Source: a virus (Duplodnaviria > Caudoviricetes). Taken from it: a DNA stretch of 46,210 bases. Position numbers and translations under genes: made by a program. The stretch is taken from IMG/VR virus record IMGVR_UViG_3300017774_000291, positions 1 through 46,210 of that record, one strand, 5' to 3'. Under the pieces are notes generated by a model, which worked only from the letters and a program-made list of their open reading frames with translations, made no database searches and was not told the DNA's origin. The first letter of the stretch is position 1; every line of letters begins with the position of its first letter. Below, in pieces: positions 29,709 to 39,647 of this stretch.

Positions 29709-30689
29709 TTATGCTGTACGTGCTATTGCATCAGTTTCTTCGATTTGAACGCCGAAACGTAAGAACACAGTATATTCTACTGTATCTTTCTTAGGTTGGA
29801 ATTCGCGATGAACTGTGATGTCTCTTTGAAAACCCCAAATTCTATTTTCAGGGAATGTCAAAGTTACACGGTTTGCAGGCATCAAAGGTACTTCCAGTAA
29901 AGGAAGACCTAATACGCGGTACTGTATTGGAGCACCAAGTATTTGTGGTTCTTGACCAGCAACAATTCTTTCAACGATTCTTTCGCTGTTTAAATTGCCT
30001 GATGAGCCAAGGCCATTGATGATGTTAGATACTGTTTGTGTATCTGCATAAAACTTCATTGCTGAACGTGAAGCACGGTATTTACGAGGCATTGCAAGCA
30101 CGAGTGCTTGTAAGTTTTCGATGTTTGTGCCGAACGCTGCAGTGTTTGTTGAAGTGTTTTCTTTTGCTGTGAATCCTTGAAGGATGTTCAAGAATGCATT
30201 TGAGCCTGTACCTGTTCCGTTGATTGCAAGATCTTCTAAATCGTTTGCAAACGCACGTGTCATGGTACGTACTAAATGGTCTTCTAAACCTGTTCCTTCT
30301 AGGTTATCTTCGATTGCTTCTGTTGATACTTCCCAATCAAGACGAATCTTTTTTGTTGAAAGTTCAACCTTTGTGAAAGTTACGCCAGCGTTTGTGTAAG
30401 TTGCATCTGCTTGTGCAGCGGCACGGATTACACGTTCGCCTACGTTTAGTTTTTCAAGTTCTGAAGCGTTTGTACGCATTGTTACTCTGCGGCCATCTCT
30501 TGCAAGAACTTGTTGTTCGAATATGTATTCGATAAATTGGCGTGATTGTTCAGGAGCAAGAATACCGCCATCATTACCAGCGGCACCTGCGACACCAAGG
30601 TCTCCTGCGGCTGGGGTTGTTACACCACCAATTCCACCAGAAACGATAGATCCTGTACTTGCAGCCTTTTCTAAAATTTCATCTGCCAT
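29709..30689 (-). CDS. major capsid protein (HK97 fold)
   Basis: GGILAPEQSRQF, EAIEDNLEG, FANDLEDLAING, MPRKYR; GGAGGTG SD; follows protease. Confidence 0.92.
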   Translation of the reverse strand: MADEILEKAASTGSIVSGGIGGVTTPAAGDLGVAGAAGNDGGILAPEQSRQFIEYIFEQQVLARDGRRVTMRTNASELEKLNVGERVIRAAAQADATYTNAGVTFTKVELSTKKIRLDWEVSTEAIEDNLEGTGLEDHLVRTMTRAFANDLEDLAINGTGTGSNAFLNILQGFTAKENTSTNTAAFGTNIENLQALVLAMPRKYRASRSAMKFYADTQTVSNIINGLGSSGNLNSERIVERIVAGQEPQILGAPIQYRVLGLPLLEVPLMPANRVTLTFPENRIWGFQRDITVHREFQPKKDTVEYTVFLRFGVQIEETDAIARTA

Positions 30690-30711
30690 AATATTTTCAC
30701 CTCCCAGTGAA

Positions 30712-32136
30712 TTAACGATATAGGTCAGCGGAATTGAGGAAACGCCCGCCCCACATCGATCCTTTTCTTATTTGTGTTTCCTGAACGACCCCGCCGAGGT
30801 CGCCAGACTTACGGATAGCGGTATCATCTTCTAGTGAATCAACACGCTTTCCAAACTCTTCAACATTACTTTTTACTCCTACAATTTCCTCTTTTGTGGA
30901 AGCAATGCTTTTTTGTAGTTCTGCCATCTTCTGATTAAGTGACTTAACTGTTGCCACCAAGTCTCCAAGTGCTGAAGCAACTGTATTTTGAACCTCGTCA
31001 ATAGATTCTTGTACTGTATCTACAGCCTTTGCCAATTCTGCGTCTTCGCTATCTTCGGCGGGAGTGGCGGTATCTTCTACTGGTGCATCTTCCGCTACTT
31101 CTGCAGGAGCATCTGCTGCTTCTGCTGGTGCATCTGCGGCTGGTACTTCTGCTGGTGCTTCTTGTGCACTATCAGATTTTTCAATGTTTTCTTCGGTAGC
31201 AACTTCTTCAGCGGCTGGTACTTCTGCTGCAACTTCTTCAGTTACTGCTGGTGCATCTGCTGCAACTTCTTCAGTTACTGCTGGTGCGTCCGCGGCTGGT
31301 GTTTCAACAACTTCTTCTGTTGCTGGTGCTACTTCTACATTTTCTTCTGCCATATTATTCCCCTCCTTATTAGGATTTTCAGCCTTGGTTATTTTATTAC
31401 CAAGTCCAATTTTCTGTGATTTAAGTAAACCTTTTATCACAGAATTCTTTTCAGTATCGTTTGATTCTACAAAGCCTATATTTATCATGTGTTTTTCGCA
31501 TGATGGGCAGGCAGAATCTTCTTCTTGAGAAACTCTTACTAGGGAATCTGATTCACACCAGTAAACATTTTCAAGATCTACTTTACTAATAATGCCATCT
31601 ATTCTATTTGTTCCGTCTGCTATTTTTTCAATTGATACAATATTTGCAAATTGATTAGCAGGATTATCTACTAATGAGAGTTCATGTAGGTCATATTCCT
31701 TAATAACCCTAATTGCTTTATCCATCTGGGCGTCATACATTTCTTCAGATTCTTTAATGCTACCACCAATAGAAAAGCCAGAAAGAGTGCCATCAAGAAC
31801 TTTTTCCCAGGTATCTTGGGCACCTTTTGATATGTATGCATTTACAAATACTCCATTATAAAATTTGTCTTCTTCCTTGTTATAAAATTTATCTGATTTG
31901 AATGATATTACTCTACCCACGGCAATAGGCATGTGCATTTCACGAAGGTTGCCACGGAATCTTTCAAACGCTTGAATACTGACATCGGTTGGTACGATGT
32001 CTGCCTGCTTGTCAATATTGTCAAGGGTGGCAAAACCAGAAACTGTTCGTTTCTCTTTATCGACTTTAGCGATTGGCATTGACAACTTGATACTGTTGTC
32101 TTCTGAGTGCCAAAATGCTTTATGCAAATTAGTCAT
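30712..32136 (-). CDS. prohead protease fused to acidic scaffold domain
   Basis: REMH, GFSIGG, ELSLVDNPAN; Ala/Glu/Pro-rich linker and C-terminal coiled coil; possible internal start MAEENV after AAGGAGGG. Confidence 0.9.
   Translation of the reverse strand: MTNLHKAFWHSEDNSIKLSMPIAKVDKEKRTVSGFATLDNIDKQADIVPTDVSIQAFERFRGNLREMHMPIAVGRVISFKSDKFYNKEEDKFYNGVFVNAYISKGAQDTWEKVLDGTLSGFSIGGSIKESEEMYDAQMDKAIRVIKEYDLHELSLVDNPANQFANIVSIEKIADGTNRIDGIISKVDLENVYWCESDSLVRVSQEEDSACPSCEKHMINIGFVESNDTEKNSVIKGLLKSQKIGLGNKITKAENPNKEGNNMAEENVEVAPATEEVVETPAADAPAVTEEVAADAPAVTEEVAAEVPAAEEVATEENIEKSDSAQEAPAEVPAADAPAEAADAPAEVAEDAPVEDTATPAEDSEDAELAKAVDTVQESIDEVQNTVASALGDLVATVKSLNQKMAELQKSIASTKEEIVGVKSNVEEFGKRVDSLEDDTAIRKSGDLGGVVQETQIRKGSMWGGRFLNSADLYR
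31223..31287. repeat. 33-bp tandem duplication (APAVTEEVAA x2) in scaffold linker
   Basis: TCTGCTGCAACTTCTTCAGTTACTGCTGGTGC identical at 31223 and 31256. Confidence 0.9.
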
Positions 32137-32187
32137 ACTACCTCTATTATAATTAGTCTTTATGGGTACTTATAATATTATAACAAA

Positions 32188-33744
32188 TTATTGCTGAACT
32201 CTTCCTTCACCTTGAGCATTTCGCCCAGTTGCGGTGGAAGGAGAATCAGAAGCATTATCTGTTCTTTGTTGATCTCTGTTTCGATTTCCAGTTGATTGAG
32301 CAACCTGTTCTGCTCTGGCTTGTGCACCTAGAACAATTGGGTCTGAGCCCCCAGGTCTAACTGGATAACCTAGTCTTTCACGAACTTCATTTGGAACTAT
32401 TACCTGCATACGCAGATATCTCTCATCTATTTGACTTTGAGTTTGTTCATCTGTCAATGTTAGTTCGTTGAATTTAAGGGCAAGCATATCAGTCTTTTCT
32501 TTAACAATCTTATTCATTGTTTTTTCTAGATTTCTTTGTGCTGGTCTTGCTACCTGTTCCTTAAATGTTCTATCTGCTACCAGTGCTGATGCAATAGAAA
32601 CTCCTGCACCCCCACCTACTTTTGAGTATGGAACCTGATGAGCCATAAGGATATCATCACGATTTGATCTTCTGTACTTTTCAAAGGATCCGTCTTGAAT
32701 ACCATTCTCAATTGGTTCTAGTTTAAATTCTACTTTATTGTCTGGCCCATCTCCAGGAAGTGGTATGTATAAAGTTCTATGGTTTTGACCACGTAATCCA
32801 GCCTGCATAAATCTAAAGAACTTATCCTCGGCTTCAGGGCTTAATTTAGCACCTTTTACTAATGCTATGTATCTAGGAACAGCCTTATTTTCAAAGTAAT
32901 CAACATTGTATTTACCGGCTAGTTCATTACCAACCATAGATGTTGCTGCTGAAACTGTGTCTGGAACTCCATAGTATGAATTCTTTGGAGAATACTTTTT
33001 AATATGAATTAATTCATTTGGTCTATTATCACTTGTTACAGGATTACCAGTTCTCTTTTCTTGAAAGTTTCTAAAATATACTACCTTTTGATTTACGATT
33101 TGAATATAGCCATCTCGCATACGGCGTACACGAATTGTGGTTGCTGGAATATGTCCAATATAACCTATGTCGCCATTTACTTTACGGCCAATTTCAACAT
33201 ATCCATTACCAACGGTCTCTACGTCTGTGTATACCTTTTCAAGAACGTGTGTAAAGGTATCTTCGTCATTTAAACTTTCTAGCCAGTCTGTCATTTGAGA
33301 CTTGCTTCTTTGAATCTTTCTTTGTGCCCTCATCAATTGATCTTCTGATTCTGACTCTTCTAGTTTTGCAACTGTCATATCTGTCATTTCAAAACTGTAT
33401 CCAAGCCCTACCGTGTTTGCAACCTTTGCATTAATTGCAGCATGATTGGCATATGAGTTTTCGTAAAAATATGCTAGTTCGTCTAAGTTGTATGGTGGAA
33501 GAACTACGTCAAATAATCCATAGGCTGTAACCATATCCATTTCTGGAAATAGTTGTTTTGACTTAGTGTCTTCAATTCCTTGAAATGCTTTGTTTACAGT
33601 TCTAGTTATCTTTCTTTTAAAATTTTGATGCAAGCCTTCATATGACTTGACTATTTCTCCATCTGTTATAAATGGGTCTACCTTTGATTTTTTTTCTAAC
33701 TTATCTAAATTATCAATTCTTGCTATTGCTTCATTATCTTCCAT
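32188..33744 (-). CDS. portal protein
   Basis: GNGYVE, HIPATTIR, ELIH, YYGVP, YFENKAVP, ILMAHQVP, PNEVRERLG; likely start MEDNEA at 33744. Confidence 0.92.
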   Translation of the reverse strand: MEDNEAIARIDNLDKLEKKSKVDPFITDGEIVKSYEGLHQNFKRKITRTVNKAFQGIEDTKSKQLFPEMDMVTAYGLFDVVLPPYNLDELAYFYENSYANHAAINAKVANTVGLGYSFEMTDMTVAKLEESESEDQLMRAQRKIQRSKSQMTDWLESLNDEDTFTHVLEKVYTDVETVGNGYVEIGRKVNGDIGYIGHIPATTIRVRRMRDGYIQIVNQKVVYFRNFQEKRTGNPVTSDNRPNELIHIKKYSPKNSYYGVPDTVSAATSMVGNELAGKYNVDYFENKAVPRYIALVKGAKLSPEAEDKFFRFMQAGLRGQNHRTLYIPLPGDGPDNKVEFKLEPIENGIQDGSFEKYRRSNRDDILMAHQVPYSKVGGGAGVSIASALVADRTFKEQVARPAQRNLEKTMNKIVKEKTDMLALKFNELTLTDEQTQSQIDERYLRMQVIVPNEVRERLGYPVRPGGSDPIVLGAQARAEQVAQSTGNRNRDQQRTDNASDSPSTATGRNAQGEGRVQQ

Positions 33745-34099
33745 GTTGTCTAAATCCTTTTTCTGCTGCCATCCAGGCACCGATATCTGTTTGACTTGGG
33801 ATTAAGCCATTTTTCATTCTATCTGTTTGTTCTGCATATTCTTCATCTGTGACTCTTGTCACACCAGCCATGAACTCTACTTTTCCTGGCGGAGCATTGT
33901 GGTACTCTGCTGCTTTTCTGATCTTAGCCATCTTCTCTATATCAAACTGTCTTCCAGGAATATTCATAATATTTCCTTGTCCGTCTCCAAAAGGTTTGCC
34001 ATCTAGGTCACATTTCCAAACATATATGCCCCAGTCAGACTTTTTTTCTACTATACTGATTCTTGGCTTACCACCATTTTTCAATTTCTTTGGATTCAT
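33734..34099 (-). CDS. hypothetical protein upstream of portal
   Basis: ORF overlapping portal start; ATG at 34099 lies 7 nt below a TGGTATACT box. Confidence 0.7.
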   Translation of the reverse strand: MNPKKLKNGGKPRISIVEKKSDWGIYVWKCDLDGKPFGDGQGNIMNIPGRQFDIEKMAKIRKAAEYHNAPPGKVEFMAGVTRVTDEEYAEQTDRMKNGLIPSQTDIGAWMAAEKGFRQHGR

Positions 34100-34106
34100 G
34101 TACACA

Positions 34107-34115
34107 AGTATACCA
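34107..34115 (-). promoter_or_regulatory. extended -10 TGGTATACT, leaderless geometry, heading head operon
   Basis: consensus match 7 nt before ATG; no SD. Confidence 0.55.
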
Positions 34116-34117
34116 TA

Positions 34118-37100
34118 TTATACTGCTTTGACTTCTTTTATAACCCACGTTACGTTAGTTAATGCATCAAAGCCTTCTGAATTTGTAACAGCAGTTGCAG
34201 AATCATCAAACACTTGCTCAGAAAGTCCTAAATAAGTTTTAAAAGTACTATCTCCTGTTTGAGAAACTATATCTGTAATAGCAATTTCTCCCCATTGTTG
34301 CCATGTTAGTGGAACTGCTGTCTGTGTTGGAAAGGACCAGATGCCACTATCTAGATCTGTCCACTGTCTACCTGTAGTTAGTTTAGAGAAAAAATTAACA
34401 AATTCTTGTTGGAAGAATGCTACGTTATTAGCCAAGAAGCCTTCATATATTTCAAATTTACCTGTTTTAGAATTCAGGGTTATATCATTAGTATCTGTAA
34501 ATGATATTAAGATAGATGTCCATTCTAAAGGAATAATCTTCATTTGATCTATGATTCTTCCATTGATAAAGAATTTAGCATTGGTATATAGTACATTGTT
34601 CTTATATACTTTTAGGCTACCCCTTTTTCCGTTGAGTTCTGGGACCAAGAATATGTCGTAGTAATCGTTTATTCCAGCATTTGCTTCAGTTGCTATAATA
34701 GTTGCAATCTTTTTGGTAGATGAGATTACGGAGTCCTTGTTGTAAAACATCCAGAACTGTAAACCTGTAAGTTTATATTCGGTAGCATTGTGATCATTTA
34801 TTGGAAATGACAATCCTCTTAAAGTCTCAGACTCGTATGGCAAAACAGATATTCCTGAATCTCCTGTTAGATATAGGTATGGGGTAGAATCTCTATATAT
34901 TAAAAATGGATTTTTTTCTTTATAGTTATAGTTTAATCCAGTTCTATTAAATGGGATTATTGAGTGGCCACTTCTTGTTCCTATTCTATATTCTGAAGTC
35001 TCATCAAAAGCAAGGGATGTCAAAGACATTCTTTTTATATTTACTGGCTTGGTCTTAATTCCCCTGACCCTCATTTCTAAATGTATAGTTATATAGTAGT
35101 TTTCAAAATCTATTAATTCTTTAGGTGGATATATGATTGTTCCATCTACTACTTCAAATTTTTTATTGAGAGTAGAAAATTCTGGAACTAAATCTAGAAC
35201 CCTTTCTGATCCAATTCTTTCTGTAGTAACATAACTAGAATAAGGTTTCTTACCTACTAGTTCAAAGTCTTGTAGTGTTATATAAGACTGCATGCTAAAA
35301 GCATCTGCTACTGAAGCAGAACTAGTCATTGTTATTGGGCCTGGGACATCGATATTAAACTGTATTAGATCTAGATCATAGTATGGTGATGAGTTTGTGT
35401 CTTGAACGTAGGTTCCAAAATATGAAAGGGGTAGAGAGTCTTCCCAATATCCAGCACATCCTATATCAAAGAATATCTCCCCATATGAACTAATGGGCAA
35501 TAGTGTGTAATTTCCAACATATGTAAATGGATATATACCTTGAGTATTTGCCTGTGCTTCTGTAAAGAATATAGTTCCATTACTGTTTGTTAATCCCGAT
35601 ATGTCTTTTATAGTAAACATCTTATTATTAAATGTTAAAGATCTTATTTTTCCTGTAAATACTTTATCGTCATACCCACCTAAATTAAGAGATACGTTTT
35701 GAGGATTGTTAAAAAAGTTTCCTATGATTGCAAAATTGCTTTTTATCATCTTTTCTAAATCAAGACCTACAAACAAGTCTTGAGATGCTGATGCAGAATA
35801 GTTTGCTATTTGATAGGTTGAGGCAGATGTTTGAAATTCATAGTTTAAGCCACTTTGACTTAAGCATACTTTGAATTTATCAGAAGTAAATGAGTTTGAG
35901 AATGTCAGAATTGGTTCTCTATTTGAGAATGTAGGCAAACTTGATGGTGCTTCAAATACTCCAAATATTGATGAAACTGGGGTATTGATAGGATTAATAG
36001 AGTTAAAGTATATGCTTCCAAGAACTTGACTATATGAACCATTAGGTCTAATTTTTATAAAGGTTGGATCTTCTGTTTGAATATTATAGTTATCAATCAA
36101 AAAATTATTTGATATGTCACTATCTATTGTTACTGATGCTGATGTATATGAGAATTTTATTTCTGGTAATTCATAATCTGGAAAAGAAAGGGATCTTGAA
36201 TTACCGCTTAAATTTGAAAAGAAGCCAGATGACCATCTGTTCATATCTGGGTATGTCATGGTTGAGGTGTATTTAGAGAATGGGAAATCTACAAAGAAAG
36301 ACTCTCCTTTAAAGTCACTTACTATCTCTTCTGGATTATCTACGGCTTGAGCGTATACAAATCTTCTTCTTGCTATTTGCTCTGGAACAATATAGGGGTA
36401 TATGGCAACAGCGTCTAGTTCAAATGGATAAACATCGTCTGTAGAATAAAACCCTAACCAGTCTTTTGTTGAACTAGCAAAGGTAATGTTATTAACGTCA
36501 ATATCCATATCTATTACTAAGTCACCATTTAAAAGAACGCTTACGTTAGAGGTAGTGTATCTAATGTCTATTAACATTGGTCTATACCATTTTCCAACAA
36601 AGTAAGACTGGGTGTAAGGACCAACCTTTAATGTTAAAAATTCTTGCTCTACGTATAGACCATCTGAGTTAGAAACTGGTCCAAAGATTCTTACTGGATT
36701 TTGAGAATCTGTAAATAGCCTTAGCCAGAACTCTGCGGTTAAATTTTTATATTTTCCATCCTCATTTAAAAATGTTTTTCCTGGTATTGCTATTGATGGA
36801 ACTCCTGAGTTTACACAAGCGTTAATTCTTGTTATGTTTCCAGACCCAAATACCATAGGAAGGCTTGTATTATTTGCAAGCATTTTATTTTGATTTATAA
36901 AATAGTAACCTGTATCTTGATCGTTAAAGCCATATGGTTGTATTCGAGACACTTTGTAGGCACTAGCACTTACTGATATGGCATTATATAAACTTGAGTC
37001 TGTAAGAGATATTGGCTTTGATCCAGAGGTGTCTCTGTTATAAACCTCTGACCATTGTGCAAACGATATTCCGTTTACATAAAAATCAAAACTTGAGCCT

Positions 37101-37603
37101 ACTGATTGAAAGTTTAAATATCCAACTCTTAATATTGGCTTGACGCTAGAGCCAGATGGAACATCTACTGTGTAAGAAGCGTGTGTCCAGGTTGATGGAC
37201 TATCGTTTTCAAATCTTTGATAAGTAACACTTCCGGAAACATCTATTCCTAATTCTAAGTAATCTATACTAGTTCCAGACCTAAACCAAGTGCTTAAAGA
37301 TATTGATTTTTTATCTACATCTATATTGCTTTGATTAAAGAATGTTGGAAAAGTTGCAGTAGTAACAGATACGCTTGCTGATTTAGTAATATAAGATAGG
37401 CCATCTTCTGTTATTGGTCTATCGGCAAATGTTGATGAAACTACAGAGGCAGATGTTCCATTTGTAATGGACCAGGTTGATAGGCTTTGCGTTGAGGCAC
37501 TTAGTAAGTTTACAAAAGCAAAATCGTCATCTAGGGTCCATAGGGATATAGGATGCTCAGCAAATATTTTTGAAGCATATAGATTAGAAACAATATATGA
37601 CAT
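34118..37603 (-). CDS. large putative virion structural protein (beta-sandwich/lectin-like)
   Basis: 1161 aa, Ser/Thr/Asn-rich, HPISLWTLDD and LTAEFWLR LamG-like patterns. Confidence 0.6.
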   Translation of the reverse strand: MSYIVSNLYASKIFAEHPISLWTLDDDFAFVNLLSASTQSLSTWSITNGTSASVVSSTFADRPITEDGLSYITKSASVSVTTATFPTFFNQSNIDVDKKSISLSTWFRSGTSIDYLELGIDVSGSVTYQRFENDSPSTWTHASYTVDVPSGSSVKPILRVGYLNFQSVGSSFDFYVNGISFAQWSEVYNRDTSGSKPISLTDSSLYNAISVSASAYKVSRIQPYGFNDQDTGYYFINQNKMLANNTSLPMVFGSGNITRINACVNSGVPSIAIPGKTFLNEDGKYKNLTAEFWLRLFTDSQNPVRIFGPVSNSDGLYVEQEFLTLKVGPYTQSYFVGKWYRPMLIDIRYTTSNVSVLLNGDLVIDMDIDVNNITFASSTKDWLGFYSTDDVYPFELDAVAIYPYIVPEQIARRRFVYAQAVDNPEEIVSDFKGESFFVDFPFSKYTSTMTYPDMNRWSSGFFSNLSGNSRSLSFPDYELPEIKFSYTSASVTIDSDISNNFLIDNYNIQTEDPTFIKIRPNGSYSQVLGSIYFNSINPINTPVSSIFGVFEAPSSLPTFSNREPILTFSNSFTSDKFKVCLSQSGLNYEFQTSASTYQIANYSASASQDLFVGLDLEKMIKSNFAIIGNFFNNPQNVSLNLGGYDDKVFTGKIRSLTFNNKMFTIKDISGLTNSNGTIFFTEAQANTQGIYPFTYVGNYTLLPISSYGEIFFDIGCAGYWEDSLPLSYFGTYVQDTNSSPYYDLDLIQFNIDVPGPITMTSSASVADAFSMQSYITLQDFELVGKKPYSSYVTTERIGSERVLDLVPEFSTLNKKFEVVDGTIIYPPKELIDFENYYITIHLEMRVRGIKTKPVNIKRMSLTSLAFDETSEYRIGTRSGHSIIPFNRTGLNYNYKEKNPFLIYRDSTPYLYLTGDSGISVLPYESETLRGLSFPINDHNATEYKLTGLQFWMFYNKDSVISSTKKIATIIATEANAGINDYYDIFLVPELNGKRGSLKVYKNNVLYTNAKFFINGRIIDQMKIIPLEWTSILISFTDTNDITLNSKTGKFEIYEGFLANNVAFFQQEFVNFFSKLTTGRQWTDLDSGIWSFPTQTAVPLTWQQWGEIAITDIVSQTGDSTFKTYLGLSEQVFDDSATAVTNSEGFDALTNVTWVIKEVKAV

Positions 37604-37618
37604 TTTTACCTCTAATCT

Positions 37619-37627
37619 ATTTTAGCA
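37619..37627 (-). promoter_or_regulatory. extended -10 TGCTAAAAT
   Basis: in the 29-nt gap after nrdJ. Confidence 0.45.
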
Positions 37628-37632
37628 TGTTG

Positions 37633-39573
37633 CTACTTGCTAATATCTACTATCTCACATTCCCCCGCAACGCATGAAAGTTCTTGCGTTCCAGTGGTCC
37701 CATCTTCTTTTTCGTATAAAGATAGCATTTCCCATTGAATATTTGAAGGAGATTTTTTTACCCATTCTTCATATTCATTTTTAGAAATTTCTTGATATGG
37801 GGCCTGCTTATAAGTATGCTCACTCGCTGGTAAGAAAGATATACCACCAATTGAATCAAAGTTATCAAAAACCCATGCACCTACTCTTAGCCATTCATCT
37901 TCGTGGACATTGATAGTAACGCTAGGGTTATGTTCTGTCCAATAAGTTCTGTAAGTCTTCCACATTTCTAGATGATTTATGGCTGTTAAATCTTTTGTTA
38001 ATATTGCATTTTTTGGAGCCTTCTGAGGAAAATAAAACACTGTTGTTTCTTCAGGCTTCATTACATCTGGTTCACTTGGAATTCCTGAATCTTTTAAGAA
38101 TTGAGTTAACGGATCATTGTTAGAGCCGCGAACACTTCTAATGTAATATTCTGAATACCACGGATGAATACCGCTTGACACCCCGACCAATTGACTTACA
38201 GTGCCAGAAGGCTTAACACAAGTAATTGAAACAGAAGGATTAATGTTTAATTTTTTTGCTTCGTTATCATTAATTCTTACAGACTCTACTCTCATGTCAG
38301 TCAATAACTGTTCTAATGCTTTTCCTGCAGTTGAAGTAATTTTGTTTCCGTATATTCCTGTTAAAGATACTCCAAGTAATCTTTCTTCTTCGCAATTATC
38401 TTTCCATGTTTTTCTAATATATTTAAAGTTAGTTAAAGTAGATTGCCAGGTTCCAAGTATTGTTGCTAGCCTTACTTTTTCCATTAAGTCTTCTCTTGTA
38501 TCTTCTGCAGAAATAACTACCTCAGTTAAGTTACAAAATTCGTTTGAACGAAGAATAATTTCTCCGCATGGGTTAGTTCCAGAAACTAAAGAAGCGTCAC
38601 GTCTTCCAAATGACTCTACGTGTCTTCTTACGGAATCAATATTATAAATACCACGTTCTCCTGATTTTGATTCATATAAGTTTCTCCATTCACGTAAAAA
38701 TTGAGCGGTGTTTGGTTTTGTGTTATAGACTGCAGAATTATTTGCTAGTGAGCGTTGTGGTTGTGTTTCCCACCAAGATCCACTTTTAGCCTTTGCCATT
38801 TCAAAATCATCAAGGTTTGACAAACTAATAAGAGCACTTCTGCGTACTCCGCCAACAACTACAACTTCTCCAACTTTACACATTAAGTCATGTGCCTCTA
38901 TTGGTTTTAATCTACGGCCTGCAGCATTTTTAAATGTATTAACTGTAAATGTAAATAGAGCACTAAGTGGTCCAGGTCCAGATGCACGTCCACCAAATGT
39001 TTTTAATCTAGCACCTGCTGGACGAACTTTAGACATATCCCATTGTGGGATTTGACCTTGTGATAATAAAGCAATTAATTCTTTTAATGCTTTTGCCCAA
39101 CCAAGTTTAGAATCTTCTACAACAATTGTTGTTCCTGTTTGGTTAAATGATTCTGCTATAACTGGAAGACAGTCAACATATTTTGACTCAACGCTAAATC
39201 CAACACCAGTTCCGTTCATTAAAATATACATTGCTTCGTCAAATGCACGTAGACTATCTACTGCAATAAAAGAACAGTTGTATGCTGCGATGTGATCTCG
39301 CTCTAGGGCTGGACCAGCAGACATAAGTGCTCTCATTGATGGCATGATTCTATGATTTAAAATTGCATCAGTTACTTCGTCAAAAATTTTAGCATTTGGA
39401 CTATAGCCATAATTTAATACTAGATGATCTTTCATGAAGTTAATATAACGTTCTACTGTTTCTACCCAAGTTTCTCTTCTATTCTTTTCTTCTATCCACC
39501 TTGCGTACCTTGAGATGTGTATAAAGTTCTTGTATGGATCGACTATGGATCCGTTTTCATTGATAAATGGCAT
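37633..39573 (-). CDS. nrdJ: class II (adenosylcobalamin-dependent) ribonucleotide reductase
   Basis: GGVRRSA, GTNPCGEI, CNLTE, TCVKPSGT, C-terminal CVAGEC; no beta subunit nearby, no ATP cone. Confidence 0.92.
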   Translation of the reverse strand: MPFINENGSIVDPYKNFIHISRYARWIEEKNRRETWVETVERYINFMKDHLVLNYGYSPNAKIFDEVTDAILNHRIMPSMRALMSAGPALERDHIAAYNCSFIAVDSLRAFDEAMYILMNGTGVGFSVESKYVDCLPVIAESFNQTGTTIVVEDSKLGWAKALKELIALLSQGQIPQWDMSKVRPAGARLKTFGGRASGPGPLSALFTFTVNTFKNAAGRRLKPIEAHDLMCKVGEVVVVGGVRRSALISLSNLDDFEMAKAKSGSWWETQPQRSLANNSAVYNTKPNTAQFLREWRNLYESKSGERGIYNIDSVRRHVESFGRRDASLVSGTNPCGEIILRSNEFCNLTEVVISAEDTREDLMEKVRLATILGTWQSTLTNFKYIRKTWKDNCEEERLLGVSLTGIYGNKITSTAGKALEQLLTDMRVESVRINDNEAKKLNINPSVSITCVKPSGTVSQLVGVSSGIHPWYSEYYIRSVRGSNNDPLTQFLKDSGIPSEPDVMKPEETTVFYFPQKAPKNAILTKDLTAINHLEMWKTYRTYWTEHNPSVTINVHEDEWLRVGAWVFDNFDSIGGISFLPASEHTYKQAPYQEISKNEYEEWVKKSPSNIQWEMLSLYEKEDGTTGTQELSCVAGECEIVDISK

Positions 39574-39615
39574 TGATATTCTAACTCCTAGTTTTTTGAT
39601 TTGTGAGATAATAGT

Positions 39616-39644
39616 ATTCTACACTAGTTTATGAGAGAGGTCAA
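39616..39644 (-). promoter_or_regulatory. sigma70/SigA-type promoter for nrdJ
   Basis: TTGACC-17 nt-TAGAAT. Confidence 0.7.
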
Positions 39645-39647
39645 TAT

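Noticed and set aside
30988-31528. Plus-strand Cys/Phe-rich and Ser/Ala-rich ORFs
   Set aside because: Antisense shadows of the low-complexity scaffold linker
1529-39573. Inteins or introns in recA, dnaE, dnaB or nrdJ
   Set aside because: Lengths are normal, motifs contiguous, no splice-junction or homing endonuclease signatures seen
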